From an uncultured Actinomycetes bacterium (GTDB taxonomy: Bacteria > Actinomycetota > Thermoleophilia > Solirubrobacterales > Solirubrobacteraceae), in NCBI GenBank assembly GCA_963774115.1, contig CAVZDN010000001.1:572910-636909 (forward strand): 64,000 nt of DNA. The letters are read 5' to 3'. Positions 1 through 11,342 of this stretch are shown piece by piece (position 1 is the first letter of the stretch; each line of letters begins with the position of its first letter). The notes beneath the pieces were generated by a model. The model saw nothing but the letters and a program-made list of their open reading frames with translations, had not been told where the DNA came from and ran no database searches. Position numbers and translations under genes: made by a program.

Positions 1-604
1 CGATGTTGACGTCGGCGCCGCGCTGCTCGCCGCGCTGGACCATCGTCGCCTTGTTCGACCAGGCGGAGTACTCGATCGGCACGTCGACCACCTCGGCCGC
101 GCCCGCGCCGGACTCCTTGATCTCGAACGCGTTGATGCGCCCGATGATGATCCCGAGGTCGCCGCGGTACTTGGAGGTCGAGATTTGCGAGTCGCCGAGG
201 ATCGGACGCTCAGCGACGAGCTTGCCGCCCACAGCGTTGACGGCCGTCACCTCCATGGTGACCCCCGCCTGCTTGCGCGCGGCGAGGCCGGCGCCGATCT
301 CGAAGCCGAGCAGGCCGCCGCCGAACAGCGCGTAGTTGTGCCCGTTCTCATCGATGACCTTGGCCATCACGTCGACGACCGGCTGGGCGAGGCCCTCGGC
401 GCCCTCGGCCTTGAAGACGCGCTTGGCGCCGTAGGTGCCCAGCGTCGCGCAGAGGTCGTTCGTCAGATCGCTGCCGCCGACAACGACCGCGTCGCAGGTG
501 GTCCCAAGCTCGCCGGCGAGCTTCGTGCCCTCGGACACGGCACCGAGCGAGTTCTTGTTGAAGGCGCCCTCGTAGTGGAGGACGTAGACGAGAATCCCGC
601 CCAT
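1..604 (-). CDS. etfA: Electron transfer flavoprotein alpha subunit (partial, runs off the left edge)
   Basis: Reverse strand from ATG 604 reads MAGILVYVLHYEGAFNKNSLGAVSEG...; directly downstream of etfB; missing from the ORF track because it is truncated. Confidence 0.88.
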   Translation of the reverse strand, partial: MGGILVYVLHYEGAFNKNSLGAVSEGTKLAGELGTTCDAVVVGGSDLTNDLCATLGTYGAKRVFKAEGAEGLAQPVVDVMAKVIDENGHNYALFGGGLLGFEIGAGLAARKQAGVTMEVTAVNAVGGKLVAERPILGDSQISTSKYRGDLGIIIGRINAFEIKESGAGAAEVVDVPIEYSAWSNKATMVQRGEQRGADVNI

Positions 605-1396
605 CTAGATCAGCTTCCTTTCGTCAAGCCACGCGACGATCTGCTCGACCGTCTCGTTGGTGTCCTCGTCCTCGATGATCGTGCCGCCGCTCTTGGCGGG
701 CGGCGCCTTGTACTCGCCGCAGTCGACGCGCGAGCCGTCGGTGCCGACGAGCGAGGCGTCGATGCCGACGTCGCCGCTGGCCTTCGTGTCGAGCGGCTTC
801 TTCTTCGCGCCCATGATCGACTTGAGCGACGGGTAGCGCGGCTCGTTAATCGCGTCGCCGACGGAGATGACGGCGGGCAGGGCGACCTGGACGGTGTCGT
901 AGCCGTACTCGGCCTGACGCTCGCAGCGCAGGCCGCCGCCGTCGACGTCCATCTTGATGACCTGCGTGAGCGAGGGCATCTGCAGGTGGTCGGCCACGAC
1001 GGCGCCGATCGTGTAGCACTCGCCGTCGTCCGACTGCTGACCGAGCAGGACGAGGTCGGGCGCCTCGGACTCGAGCGCCTTCGCGAGCGCGTAGCCCGTC
1101 GCGGCGACGTCGGAGCCGGCGAGGGCGGGGTCGGTCAGGTGCACGGAGCGGTCGGCTCCGAGCGAGACGGCCTTGTGGAGTGCGCGCACGGCGGACTCCG
1201 GGCCCATCGTCACGGCGACGATCTCCTCGACGGGGATCGCCCCGCCCTCCTTGATCTGCATCGCCGCCTCGATGGCGTGCGTGTCGTACGGGTTGAGATT
1301 CTTCTCCCCGCTGCGGTCCATCCGCCCCGTCGAGGCGTCAATGCGCTTCTCGACGGCGGCGTCTGGCACCTCTTTGACCAGGACGCAAATCTTCAA
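605..1396 (-). CDS. etfB: Electron transfer flavoprotein beta subunit
   Basis: MKICVLVKEVPD, NPYDTHAIEAA, INEPRYPS motifs; TTG start with GAGGAGG SD. Confidence 0.96.
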   Translation of the reverse strand: MKICVLVKEVPDAAVEKRIDASTGRMDRSGEKNLNPYDTHAIEAAMQIKEGGAIPVEEIVAVTMGPESAVRALHKAVSLGADRSVHLTDPALAGSDVAATGYALAKALESEAPDLVLLGQQSDDGECYTIGAVVADHLQMPSLTQVIKMDVDGGGLRCERQAEYGYDTVQVALPAVISVGDAINEPRYPSLKSIMGAKKKPLDTKASGDVGIDASLVGTDGSRVDCGEYKAPPAKSGGTIIEDEDTNETVEQIVAWLDERKLI

Positions 1397-1451
1397 CTCG
1401 GGTGCCTCCTCAGAAGGTCCAAAACGCGTGTTCGTAGCTTGGTTGCGCCGG

Positions 1452-1478
1452 ATGATACCGCGTTGACTGACCAGTCAA
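1452..1478 (-). promoter_or_regulatory. etfBA promoter region with palindromic operator TTGACTG-N2-CAGTCAA
   Basis: Perfect 7-bp inverted repeat at 1463-1478 next to a minus-strand TATCAT -10-like hexamer (1452-1457). Confidence 0.6.
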
Positions 1479-1523
1479 TCGCACATGGACGCACGGACCC
1501 GTCCAGCGCCGCGCGGCGTGTCT

Positions 1524-1934
1524 TCAGGCGGGACTGCGGACGGCTCCGCGGATGTAGCCGACGATGTCCTGCGTCGGCGCGCCGGGTGTGAAGACCTCGG
1601 AAACGCCGAGCGCCTTGAACTCCGGGATGTCGTCGGCGGGGATCGTCCCCCCCACCGTCACGAGCACGTCGTCGACGCCCTGCGCGCGCAGCAGCTCGAC
1701 AATCCGCGGGACGAGCGTCATGTGCGCGCCTGAGAGGATCGAGAGCCCGACCGCGTCGGCGTCCTCCTGGATGACCGTCTCGACGATCTGCTCCGGCGTC
1801 TGATGCAGGCCGGTGTAGATGACCTCCATGCCGGCGTCCCGCAGCGCGCGGGCGATGATCTTTGCGCCGCGGTCGTGCCCGTCGAGGCCCGGCTTCGCGA
1901 CGACGACGCGGATCTTGCGGTCGCTCGTGCTCAT
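1524..1934 (-). CDS. Cobalamin-binding small subunit of an acyl-CoA (methylmalonyl/isobutyryl-CoA) mutase
   Basis: [11 protein letters not shown] (DxHxxG) B12-binding motif, SILSGAH. Confidence 0.95.
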   Translation of the reverse strand: MSTSDRKIRVVVAKPGLDGHDRGAKIIARALRDAGMEVIYTGLHQTPEQIVETVIQEDADAVGLSILSGAHMTLVPRIVELLRAQGVDDVLVTVGGTIPADDIPEFKALGVSEVFTPGAPTQDIVGYIRGAVRSPA

Positions 1935-1962
1935 TGCGCGCGGATGTTAGGTGAATCTCCAC

Positions 1963-3096
1963 CTACATGGCGTCGCGCGCGGCGTCTCCGAGGAGGGCGC
2001 GGGCGATCACGAGCCGTTGGATCTCGCAGGTTCCCTCGTAGATCTCGGTGACCTTCGCGTCGCGGTAGTAGCGCTCGGCGGGATAGTCCTTCGTGTAGCC
2101 GTAGCCGCCGAGCACCTGGATCGCCTCGCCGGTCTGGCGGCGAGCGACGGCGGAGGCGAACAGCTTCGCCTGGGCGCCCTCGACGGTATGAGGGTGGCCG
2201 GCCTGCTTGAGGCGTGCAGCACGCCACGTGAGCGCGCGGGCGGCCTCGATCTCGGTCTGCATGTCGGCGAGCTTCTGCTGGATCGCGCCGAGGCGGCCAA
2301 TCGGGCCGCCGAAGGCGCTGCGCTCCTTGGCGTAGGCGGTCGCCGTGTCGAGCGCGGCCTGGGCGATGCCGACAGCCTGGGCGGCGATGCCGATGCGCCC
2401 GCCGTCGAGCGTCGCGAGCGCGATCCGCATGCCGCCGCCCGGCGGGCCGAGGCGCTCGCCTGGGGTAGCGTCGAAGGCGAGCGCGGCGGTCGAGGAGGAG
2501 TTCAGCCCCATCTTCTCCTCCTCGCGGGCGACGGTGAGGCCTGCGGCCGGGCGGCGCACGACGTAGGCGGAGATGCGCTCGTCTGGGTCGCGTGCGAAGA
2601 CGAGCAGCGTATGGGCGTGAGCGCCGGTGGTGATGAACTGTTTGGTGCCCGTGATGCGGCCGTCGGCGTCGGCGCGCGTGCGCAGCGCAGCGGCGTCGGA
2701 GCCGACCTCGGGCTCGGTGAGGGCGAAGGCCCCGAGCTCGTGGCCCTGGGCGAGCGGCGGCACGAGGCGGGCGATCTGGTCGGCGGTGCCGTGTGCGAGC
2801 AGCGGCAGCGTCGCGGCCGAGGTGTGAACCGCGACGGTTACGGCGACGCCTCCGTCGCCGCGGGCCAGCTCCTCCAGCGCGAGCACGTAGGAGAGGAAGT
2901 CCGCGCCGGCGCCGCCGTGCTCGACGGGGACGCAGGCGCCCATCAGCCCCAGCTCGCCGAGCTGCGCGAAGACCTCCTTCGGGAAGCGGTGCTCGCGATC
3001 CCAGGCGGCGGCATGCGGGGCGATCGCCTCGGCGGCGAAGCGGCGTGCGAGATCGCGAATCTCGCGCTGCTCGTCGGTCAGTTCATTGATGCTCAC
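1963..3096 (-). CDS. Acyl-CoA dehydrogenase
   Basis: GAFALTEPEVGSD, GTKQFIT, QVLGGYGY, YRDAKVTEIYEGT. Confidence 0.95.
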   Translation of the reverse strand: MSINELTDEQREIRDLARRFAAEAIAPHAAAWDREHRFPKEVFAQLGELGLMGACVPVEHGGAGADFLSYVLALEELARGDGGVAVTVAVHTSAATLPLLAHGTADQIARLVPPLAQGHELGAFALTEPEVGSDAAALRTRADADGRITGTKQFITTGAHAHTLLVFARDPDERISAYVVRRPAAGLTVAREEEKMGLNSSSTAALAFDATPGERLGPPGGGMRIALATLDGGRIGIAAQAVGIAQAALDTATAYAKERSAFGGPIGRLGAIQQKLADMQTEIEAARALTWRAARLKQAGHPHTVEGAQAKLFASAVARRQTGEAIQVLGGYGYTKDYPAERYYRDAKVTEIYEGTCEIQRLVIARALLGDAARDAM

Positions 3097-3948
3097 CGCC
3101 GCCCCCGGCGGGGAATCTGGCGACGAACCGTCAGACGCCGCACGGTCGGCGGCGGCGGGCGGCGGCGCGAGAGGGCGACGCTGCCGATGCCTCCGACCGC
3201 GGCCGCCATCGCGGCAGCGCCGACGACCGCGAGGCGGCGGCCGAGGCGCTCGAAGCGCAACATCTCCCAGCCTTCCTCACGCGCGATGCGCAGCAGCTCG
3301 GCGTCGGGGTTGACGACGACCGGGTGACCGACGGCGCGCAGCATCGGCAGATCGGACTCGGAGTCCGAGTAGGCGTAGGAGGCCGCGAGGTCGATCCCCT
3401 CCCGCTCGGCCAGCTCGCGGATCGCCTGCGCCTTGCCCTCGCGGTAGGTGAACGGGCCGTACGGACGACCGGTGTAGACGCCGTCGACGATCTCCGAGCG
3501 CGCGCCGATGGCGCCGTCGAAGGAGAGGACGAGCGCGAGCACCTCGGCCAGCTCGTGCGCCGCCGCGGTGCAGATGTAGACGGCGCGGCCGGCGTCCTGG
3601 TGCTCGTAGGCGACGCGCAGCATCTGCGGGTAGATGCGCGGCAGGATCCCGCCGAGCACGTCGGAGCCGAGCCGCTGCAGATCCTTCACGCGCACGCCCT
3701 CGATCGCCTTCGCGATCTGGGCGCGCAGCTCGTCGGTGGCGGCGTCGGTCGAGCCGCGCAGGCGGAACTGCACGTTCGCCCACGCGCCCGCCGCCAGCTG
3801 GCGGCGGCTGAGCAGGCCGTGGCGGTAGGAGGCGCGGGCGAACTCGAACGCGGACGAGCCCGCCATCAGCGTGCGGTCGAGGTCGAAGAAGGCGGCGGCC
3901 CGGCCGTTGCCGGTTGCCGCCCTCCTCGATGGCGCCGTCCTCGGTCAG
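3093..3948 (-). CDS. HAD-IB family hydrolase (apparent frameshift near 3910)
   Basis: AAFFDLDRTLM motif lies upstream of the called ATG with no in-frame start; YSDSESDLPML motif; C-terminal membrane anchor. Confidence 0.85.
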
Positions 3949-5129
3949 GACGCGGCCACCTCGACGATCACGGCGTCGCCCTGACCGCCGCCCGAGCAGA
4001 TCGCCGCGCAGCCGCGACCGCCGCCGCGGCGCTGCAGCTCCAGCACGAGCGAGCCGATGATGCGGGCGCCGGAGGCGCCGATCGGGTGGCCGAGCGCGAC
4101 GGCGCCGCCGTTCACGTTGACCTTGTCCTCCTCGATCCCGAGCATCCGCATCGAGTTGAGCGTGACGGACGCGAACGCCTCGTTGATCTCCCACACGTCG
4201 ATGTCGGCGGGCGTGAGGCCGAGCTTCTCCAGCGCCTTCTGCGCCGCGAGCGCGGGGGTGCGGGCGAGATAGGGGAAGTCGTCGGCGACCTGCGCCTGGG
4301 CGACGATCGTCGCGAGGACACGCTTGCCGTTTGCCTTCGCCCACTCGTCGGAGGCGAGCACGAGCGCGCCGCCGCCGTCGTTGACGCCGGGCGCGTTGCC
4401 GGCCGTGTGCGAGCCGTCCTTCATGAAGATGGGCGGCAGCTTGGCGAGCGTCTCCAACGTCGTGTCGCGACGCGGGGACTCGTCCACCTCGACGACCGTG
4501 TCGCCCTTCTTGCCCTTGACCGTGACGGCGACGATCTCCTCCGGCAGGCGGCCCTCGTCGGTCGCCTTCAGCGCCAGCTCGTGCGAGCGGACCGACCAGC
4601 GGTCCATGTCGGCGCGCGTCATCTCCAGCTCGGCCGCGACCTCGCTGGCCTCATGCGCCATGTGCTTGCCGCTGAACGGGTTCGTGAGGCCGTCGTTGAT
4701 CATCGAGTCGATCGCCTTGGCATCGCCCATGCGGAAGCCGAAGCGCGCGCCCTTGAGCAGGTAGGGCGCGTTGGACATCGACTCCATGCCGCCGCCGACG
4801 GCGACGTCGAGGTCCCCGGCGCGGATCGCGGCGTCGAGGATGCCGGCGGCGCGCACGCCGGAGGCACACACCTTGTTGATCGTCTCGGAGGAGACCTCCT
4901 TCGGGATCCCGCCCTTGATCTGCGCCTGGCGGGAGGGGATCTGCCCCTGACCGGCCTGGATCACTTGACCCATGACGACGTGCTGGACCTGCTCCGGTGC
5001 GACGTCGGCGCGCTCGAGCGCGGCCTTGATCGCGATCCCGCCGAGCTCGGTGGCGTCGAGCGAGGCCAAGCCGCCTCCGAGCTTGCCGATTGGGGTGCGC
5101 GCGGCACCGAGGATGACGGTCTTGGGCAT
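3945..5129 (-). CDS. Acetyl-CoA C-acetyltransferase (thiolase)
   Basis: INKVCASG, NEAFA, GHPIGASG, CSGGG motifs. Confidence 0.96.
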   Translation of the reverse strand: MPKTVILGAARTPIGKLGGGLASLDATELGGIAIKAALERADVAPEQVQHVVMGQVIQAGQGQIPSRQAQIKGGIPKEVSSETINKVCASGVRAAGILDAAIRAGDLDVAVGGGMESMSNAPYLLKGARFGFRMGDAKAIDSMINDGLTNPFSGKHMAHEASEVAAELEMTRADMDRWSVRSHELALKATDEGRLPEEIVAVTVKGKKGDTVVEVDESPRRDTTLETLAKLPPIFMKDGSHTAGNAPGVNDGGGALVLASDEWAKANGKRVLATIVAQAQVADDFPYLARTPALAAQKALEKLGLTPADIDVWEINEAFASVTLNSMRMLGIEEDKVNVNGGAVALGHPIGASGARIIGSLVLELQRRGGGRGCAAICSGGGQGDAVIVEVAAS

Positions 5130-5207
5130 CAGTTCTCCGTTTCGCGGTGTTGGAGCGGCGCCCGAGGGCACGCCTAGGGAATGCTAGCGACGGGTACGCT
5201 GCCGCAG

Positions 5208-6654
5208 ATGCGCATCGCCGCGACCACCGACGCGCCGCTCGGCGACCGACGCGGACACGATCGTCGTCGGAGTCTTCGACGGGGAGGACGTCGCGCACGA
5301 CGTCGAGGACGGCGTCCTGCAGAAGCTGCTCGACTGCGGCGAGGCGCGTCGGGCCTTCAAGCGGGTCGCGGTGACGCACGCCGCCGGGCGCCGCTGGATC
5401 GTCGCCGGGCTCGGCTCGCGCGAGTCGTTCGACGCCGAGCGGGCACGGGTCGCCGCCGCCGTCGTCGCACGGACGCGCACGCGAGCTCGGAGCGCGGACG
5501 CTGTGCTGGGAGCTGCCCCACCACGTCGACGACGCGATCGCCGCCGGGCTGGTCGAGGGGACCCTGCTGCACGCCTACCGCTTCGATCGCTACCGCAACC
5601 ATCCGGAGGACGACCGCGCCGGCGTCGACGCGCTGCTGGTGAGCGCGCACCACGACGTGAGCGAAGCGGTCGGGATCGCCGAGATCGTCGCCTGTGGCGC
5701 AGAACCGTGCGCGCGACCTGCAGAACGCACCGGGCAACGAGATGACGCCCGAGCGGCTCGCTCATCGCGCGCAGGAGCTTGTCGCGCGAGGCTGCGGGGC
5801 TGTCCGTCGAAGTGCTTGACGAACAGGAGATCGCGGGGCTCGGCATGGGCGCGTTCGCTGCGGTCGCGCAAGGGTCGGCGCAACCCGCGCGGCTGATCCA
5901 GATTCGTTACGAGGGACCTGAAGCGGCGGGCCCGCTGCTCGCGCTCGTCGGCAAGGCCGTGACGTTCGACAGCGGCGGGATCTCGCTGAAGCCCGGCGGC
6001 AAAATGTCGGAGATGAAGTTCGACATGTCGGGCGGTGCCGCCGTGTTGGAGGCGATCGGCGCGATCGCGCGGCTGCAGCTGCCGCTTCGCGTGCTGGCGA
6101 TCGTAGGTGCCACGGAGAACATGCCGGATGGGCGGTCAGTCAAGCCCGGTGACATCGTACGTGCGTCGAACGGCACGACGATCGAGATCATCAACACCGA
6201 TGCCGAGGGGCGGCTCGTGCTGGCCGATTGCCTCGCGCACGCGGTCGCGCATGGCGCCGAGCGGATCGTGGACCTGGCGACGCTGACGGGCGCGATCGTG
6301 ACGACGCTGGGCAACAGCCACGCGGGCCTGATGAGCAACGACGACGAGTGGGCCGAGCGGGTCGCGGTGGCCGGACGCGCGGCCGGCGAGCTGACCTGGC
6401 GCCTGCCGCTGCACGAGGACTACGCGGAGCTGATCAAGGGCCGCTACGCCGACATCGTCAACGCCGTCGAGAGCCGCAAGGCCGGATCGATCACCGCCGC
6501 CGAGTTCCTCCAGCGCTTCGTGGGCGACGTGCCGTGGACTCATCTCGACATCGCCGGCACCGCCTGGGACACCGGGCGCGCCTACGCCCCAACCGGAGGC
6601 TCCGGTTGGGGCGTCCACCTGCTCGTGGCGCTGGCGCGGCGGTTGGCGGGCTGA
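5208..6654 (+). CDS. pepA: M17 leucyl aminopeptidase, N-terminal half broken by about 4 frameshifts (probably sequencing indels)
   Basis: Intact catalytic domain (VGKAVTFDSGG, MKFDMSG, NTDAEGRL); N-terminal segments continue across frames at about 5241, 5470, 5695, 5780. Confidence 0.9.
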
Positions 6655-6741
6655 GCCGGCGGCTCACTTCCGCCATTCACCAAGTTAATCTTCTGGCTGA
6701 TGATCTATGCGAGGGCACCAGCCGCCGAGCGGGTGAGCGAA

Positions 6742-7638
6742 TCAGGGCTGGAGTACTATGTTCAACGACTCCGCTCTTCTTTCATTTAACATCGTCTTCG
6801 TCGCGCTTCTTGCGTTCAATTCGGACAACGCTCTGAAGCTGCACGTCGTTGTTCTTCTAAATGCTCTGATGCAGTCTAGACCTTCTACCGTCCAGCTTGT
6901 TGGTCTAACTAGTTCTCCGATCGTGATGTCTCCTCCCACCCGCTCGATCGTCACGTCGATTCTCGTTCTTCCGGCTCCGTCTTCTCTGGATTCTTCTCTG
7001 ATTGTCCAGTCGCCTCTAAATAGTACGACTGTCACGGTTGGTGAGACCGAGCCTTCGCCGCTGAAGGATGCTTCGGGGCAGTTTGATGTTGACGGAGGTC
7101 TCAGCGGTCTCGTAGCCGCTTCTCTAACCAACCCAACTCTTCTTATCATTCCTTCTTCAAATCTAGCATCTGCTTGCTGATCAGTTCTGTATAGACATCT
7201 GGCATCCCCACCGAGGATTTCAAAGTCATAGAGAATCTGCATATTTAGGATGATGAGGCGGACGCTAGTTATTTCCGGTAGCGCGCCCGTGAACGAGACA
7301 TAGCGGATGTGCCAAGGCAAACTTAGGACTCTGACGTCGGTTACGTTTCCGACGCCGGCGCTCTCTCTGCATCCGGACGTATTTATCAAGACTGATTCGA
7401 TGATTCCGGTTAGAGTTCCGGAGGTCTTCGGAATCGATCTATGCAGACTGGCATGAAGCGTTACTTCACATGTGATGGTTCCAGCTCCGCCGTTCAGCAC
7501 CATTCTTTCATATATGACTGATACGCTGCTGTTGGGTTCTATTTCGAGACTTCTGCTCGCATCAGCCATGCCGACTGCGAACGCGAGTGCGATCGCTACC
7601 GTCATCGCGACGAGCAGGAGCTTGCTGCGATTGCGCAT
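6742..7638 (-). CDS. Secreted beta-rich hypothetical protein, low GC, extreme AGA codon use
   Basis: Signal peptide MRNRSKLLLVAMTVAIALAFAVGMADA; GGAGG SD; six Cys; 298 aa open frame in AT-rich DNA. Confidence 0.85.
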   Translation of the reverse strand: MRNRSKLLLVAMTVAIALAFAVGMADASRSLEIEPNSSVSVIYERMVLNGGAGTITCEVTLHASLHRSIPKTSGTLTGIIESVLINTSGCRESAGVGNVTDVRVLSLPWHIRYVSFTGALPEITSVRLIILNMQILYDFEILGGDARCLYRTDQQADARFEEGMIRRVGLVREAATRPLRPPSTSNCPEASFSGEGSVSPTVTVVLFRGDWTIREESREDGAGRTRIDVTIERVGGDITIGELVRPTSWTVEGLDCIRAFRRTTTCSFRALSELNARSATKTMLNERRAESLNIVLQP

Positions 7639-7865
7639 CACGTAGTCCTCCGTGGATCGTCTATGGACCCCTGCCCAGGTCCAGGGCAGTTGACGGTCGA
7701 GGCCATGTGCCACGGCCGAGTGGACCTCATCCCCCTTCCGGCCCGTGCGCTTGGGCCACCCAGCCCTAGCTCAGGAGAGCTTGGACTCCAAGAGTACACA
7801 CCAAAATATGGTAATACGAGCCCTTGGAGGACCGCTGATGCGCCAGGATGAGCGACGGGCCGTGC

Positions 7866-8849
7866 TCAGCGCCGCGGCTGACGTGCAGTCTCCGGTGAAC
7901 CGGACGATCCTCGCGCGAGGATCTGCGTGGCGGCGCTCGCCGGATCCAGCTTGCGCTCGCAGACCTCGTCGAGCAGCGCCTGAACGTTCGGGTCGGCGTG
8001 AATCGAGGCCTCGAGCTCGCGGCGCATGCGGGAGGTGGCGATTGCGACGACCTCGTTCATGAGGTTGCGGCGGCGGCGCTCGATCAGGGTCCCCTCCTGC
8101 TCGATGTGGGCGCGGTGCGCCTCCATCTGCTCGACCAGCTCCTCGATCCCCTTGCCGAACGCGGCCTCTGTCTTGAGGATCGGGACGCGCCAGCCGCCCG
8201 TCGGCGGCCCGAGGCTGAGGACACCACGGATCTCGCGGACCATCGTGTCGGTGAGGGGATGGTCGGCTTTGTTGACGACGATCACGTCGGGGATCTCCAT
8301 CACGCCGGCCTTCAGCGCCTGGATTGAGTCGCCGGAGCCGGGCATGAGCACAAGCACGACGGTGTCGGCGTGGTCGATCACGTCGACCTCCGCCTGGCCG
8401 ACGCCGACCGTCTCGATCAGCACGACCTCGCGACCTGCGGCGTCCATCAGCAGCGCAGCCTGGAGCGCCGCCTCGGAGAGGCCGCCGAGCGCGCCGCGGT
8501 TCGCCATCGAGCGGATGAAGACACCCGGGTCGAGGAAGTGCTCGGAGAGGCGGATGCGATCGCCGAGCAGTGCACCGTGGGTGAAGGGCGAGGAGGGGTC
8601 GACCGACAGCACGCCAACCGTACGGTCACGCTCGCGCTCGGCCTTCGTGAGCGCGCCGAGCAGCGTCGACTTGCCGACGCCGGGCGGGCCGGTGAAGCCG
8701 ACGACCGCCGCCTTGCCCGTGTGCGGATAGACCTCGCGGACGAGCTCCCACCCCTCTGGACGGTCGTCCTCGACGAGCGTGATCGCCCGCGCGAGCGCGC
8801 GCTTGTCGCCTGCGAGCAGGCGTTCGGCGAGGGTGGGATCGGGCGCCAT
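7866..8849 (-). CDS. meaB: Methylmalonyl-CoA mutase-associated GTPase MeaB
   Basis: GPPGVGKST, VDPSSPFTHGALLGDRIR, ETVGVGQ, NKAD. Confidence 0.95.
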   Translation of the reverse strand: MAPDPTLAERLLAGDKRALARAITLVEDDRPEGWELVREVYPHTGKAAVVGFTGPPGVGKSTLLGALTKAERERDRTVGVLSVDPSSPFTHGALLGDRIRLSEHFLDPGVFIRSMANRGALGGLSEAALQAALLMDAAGREVVLIETVGVGQAEVDVIDHADTVVLVLMPGSGDSIQALKAGVMEIPDVIVVNKADHPLTDTMVREIRGVLSLGPPTGGWRVPILKTEAAFGKGIEELVEQMEAHRAHIEQEGTLIERRRRNLMNEVVAIATSRMRRELEASIHADPNVQALLDEVCERKLDPASAATQILARGSSGSPETARQPRR

Positions 8850-8908
8850 GCGGCGGCGAATGATGGCAGGCGCGCCCGCCGGCACGGACGCGCAATACGA
8901 TGCGGGAC

Positions 8909-9585
8909 ATGGAGTCCGCAGTGGCCTCTCCCCCTCTTGACGCGCACCCGGCGATGCCGCGCGGCACCCCGCCCCCGCTGCACGGCGGGCCGCTGACGCT
9001 GCTGCGCTACATGCGCGCGAACAACATGCTGAACCGCCACTACGCGATGCTGATTGCGCGCTGGGCATGGCTGAAGCTGCGCTGGCGCGGGCGATTGCAG
9101 ACGGACGGCATCTGCTTCGTCTGCCGCGGCGTGCAGTTCGAGATCGGCCGCGATGCCCGCGTCGTGCTCGGCCGCTGGTCGTGGCTCGGGCACGGCACCA
9201 AGGTGCGCGCGCACGAGGGCGAGGTCGTGATCGGGGCCAAGTCGGTGCTCGGGCAGGAGTGCACGATCTCCGCCTACCAGCACGTCTCGATCGGGCGCGA
9301 GTGCATCGTCGCCGACCGTGTGATGCTGATCGACTTCGACCACGGCGTCGTCGAGGTCGAGCGGCCGATCCGCCTGCAGGGGATCTACAAGCGAGACGTG
9401 CGCGTCGGGCACAACGTCTGGATCGGCTATGGCGCCTGCATCCTGCGCGGCGTGACCGTCGGCGACAACAGCGTGATCGGCACGAACTCGGTCGTGCCGA
9501 AGGACGTGCCGGCGAACGCGGTCGTGGGCGGCGTCCCGGCACGCACACTGCGGATGCGCGAGGCGCCGCGTACGCTGCGGTGGTC

Positions 9586-9589
<4 letters not shown>
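8909..9589 (+). CDS. Hexapeptide-repeat acyltransferase (Rv3034c-like)
   Basis: Left-handed beta-helix repeats, DFDH and IRLQGIYK motifs; leaderless TACGAT-N7-ATG. Confidence 0.88.
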
Positions 9590-10496
<907 letters not shown>

Positions 10497-10500
<4 letters not shown>

Positions 10501-11333
10501 GCGCCACCGCCCAGCCAGCTCCCGTTGCACCGACCGCGCCCGCCGGCCGGCGCCGCCGCCGGCGCATCCACCGCATCGAGCCGACCGCCGTCTTCGGCGT
10601 GATGACGCGCGACATGACCGTCTTCACGCACAACTGGAAGACGACGACGTTCTCTTCGATCGTCGAGCCGACGATCTACCTGCTCGCGTTCGGCTTCGGC
10701 TTCGGCGCGCTGATCAGCTCGATCAACGGGCTCGACTACGAGCAGTTCGTCGGCACCGGCGTCGTCGCCACGGCGGTGCTGTTCTCGGCAGCGTTCCCGG
10801 GGATGTACGGGACGTTCCTGAAGTACCGCTTCCAACGAACCTATGACGCGTTCTTGGCCGCGCCCGTGGACGTCGACGAGATCGTCAGCGCCGAGGTCCT
10901 GTGGATCGGGATCCGTGCCGGCGTCTACGGCAACGCGCCGCTGCTGGTGGCGATGGCGTTCGGGCTTGATCCGCTGCCGACGGCGCTGCTCGTCCCGTTC
11001 ATCTGCTTCGTCACCGGCTGCGCGTTCGTCGCGTTCGGCGTCGCGATCGCCGGCACCGCCAACTCGATCGACAACTTCAGCTACATCACGAGCGGCGTGC
11101 TGACGCCGATGTTCCTGACGGCCGGCACGTTCTTCCCGATCTCGTCCTTCCCGGCCGGGATCGAGGCGCTCGCGCAGGTCAACCCGCTCTACCACTGCGT
11201 CCAACTGGTGCGGGATGCCGTGGTGCTCGGGCTGGAGCCGATGGACCTCGTCCACCTCGGCGTGCTGCTGTTGTTCGGCGGTGTCATGTGGCGAATCGGC
11301 ATCCGTCAGCTGGGCAAGCGGCTGATCGACTGA
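10497..11333 (+). CDS. ABC-2 type permease (NodJ-like)
   Basis: About six hydrophobic helices, FFP and NPLYH motifs; GTGA overlap. Confidence 0.9.
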
Positions 11334-11342
11334 GCGACCGTC

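Noticed and set aside
3866-3948. Stop-codon read-through fusing thiolase to the HAD gene
   Set aside because: A one-base insertion in GGCAACCGGCAAC with a CTG start overlapping the thiolase stop explains it more simply.
5208-5790. pepA as a pseudogene or programmed frameshift
   Set aside because: About four indels with otherwise intact sequence and no slippery sites; similar indels in other genes point to assembly error. Raw reads would settle it.
6655-7860. Low-GC segment as a mobile element
   Set aside because: No transposase, integrase, terminal repeats or target duplication seen; the signal-peptide region has host-like codons.
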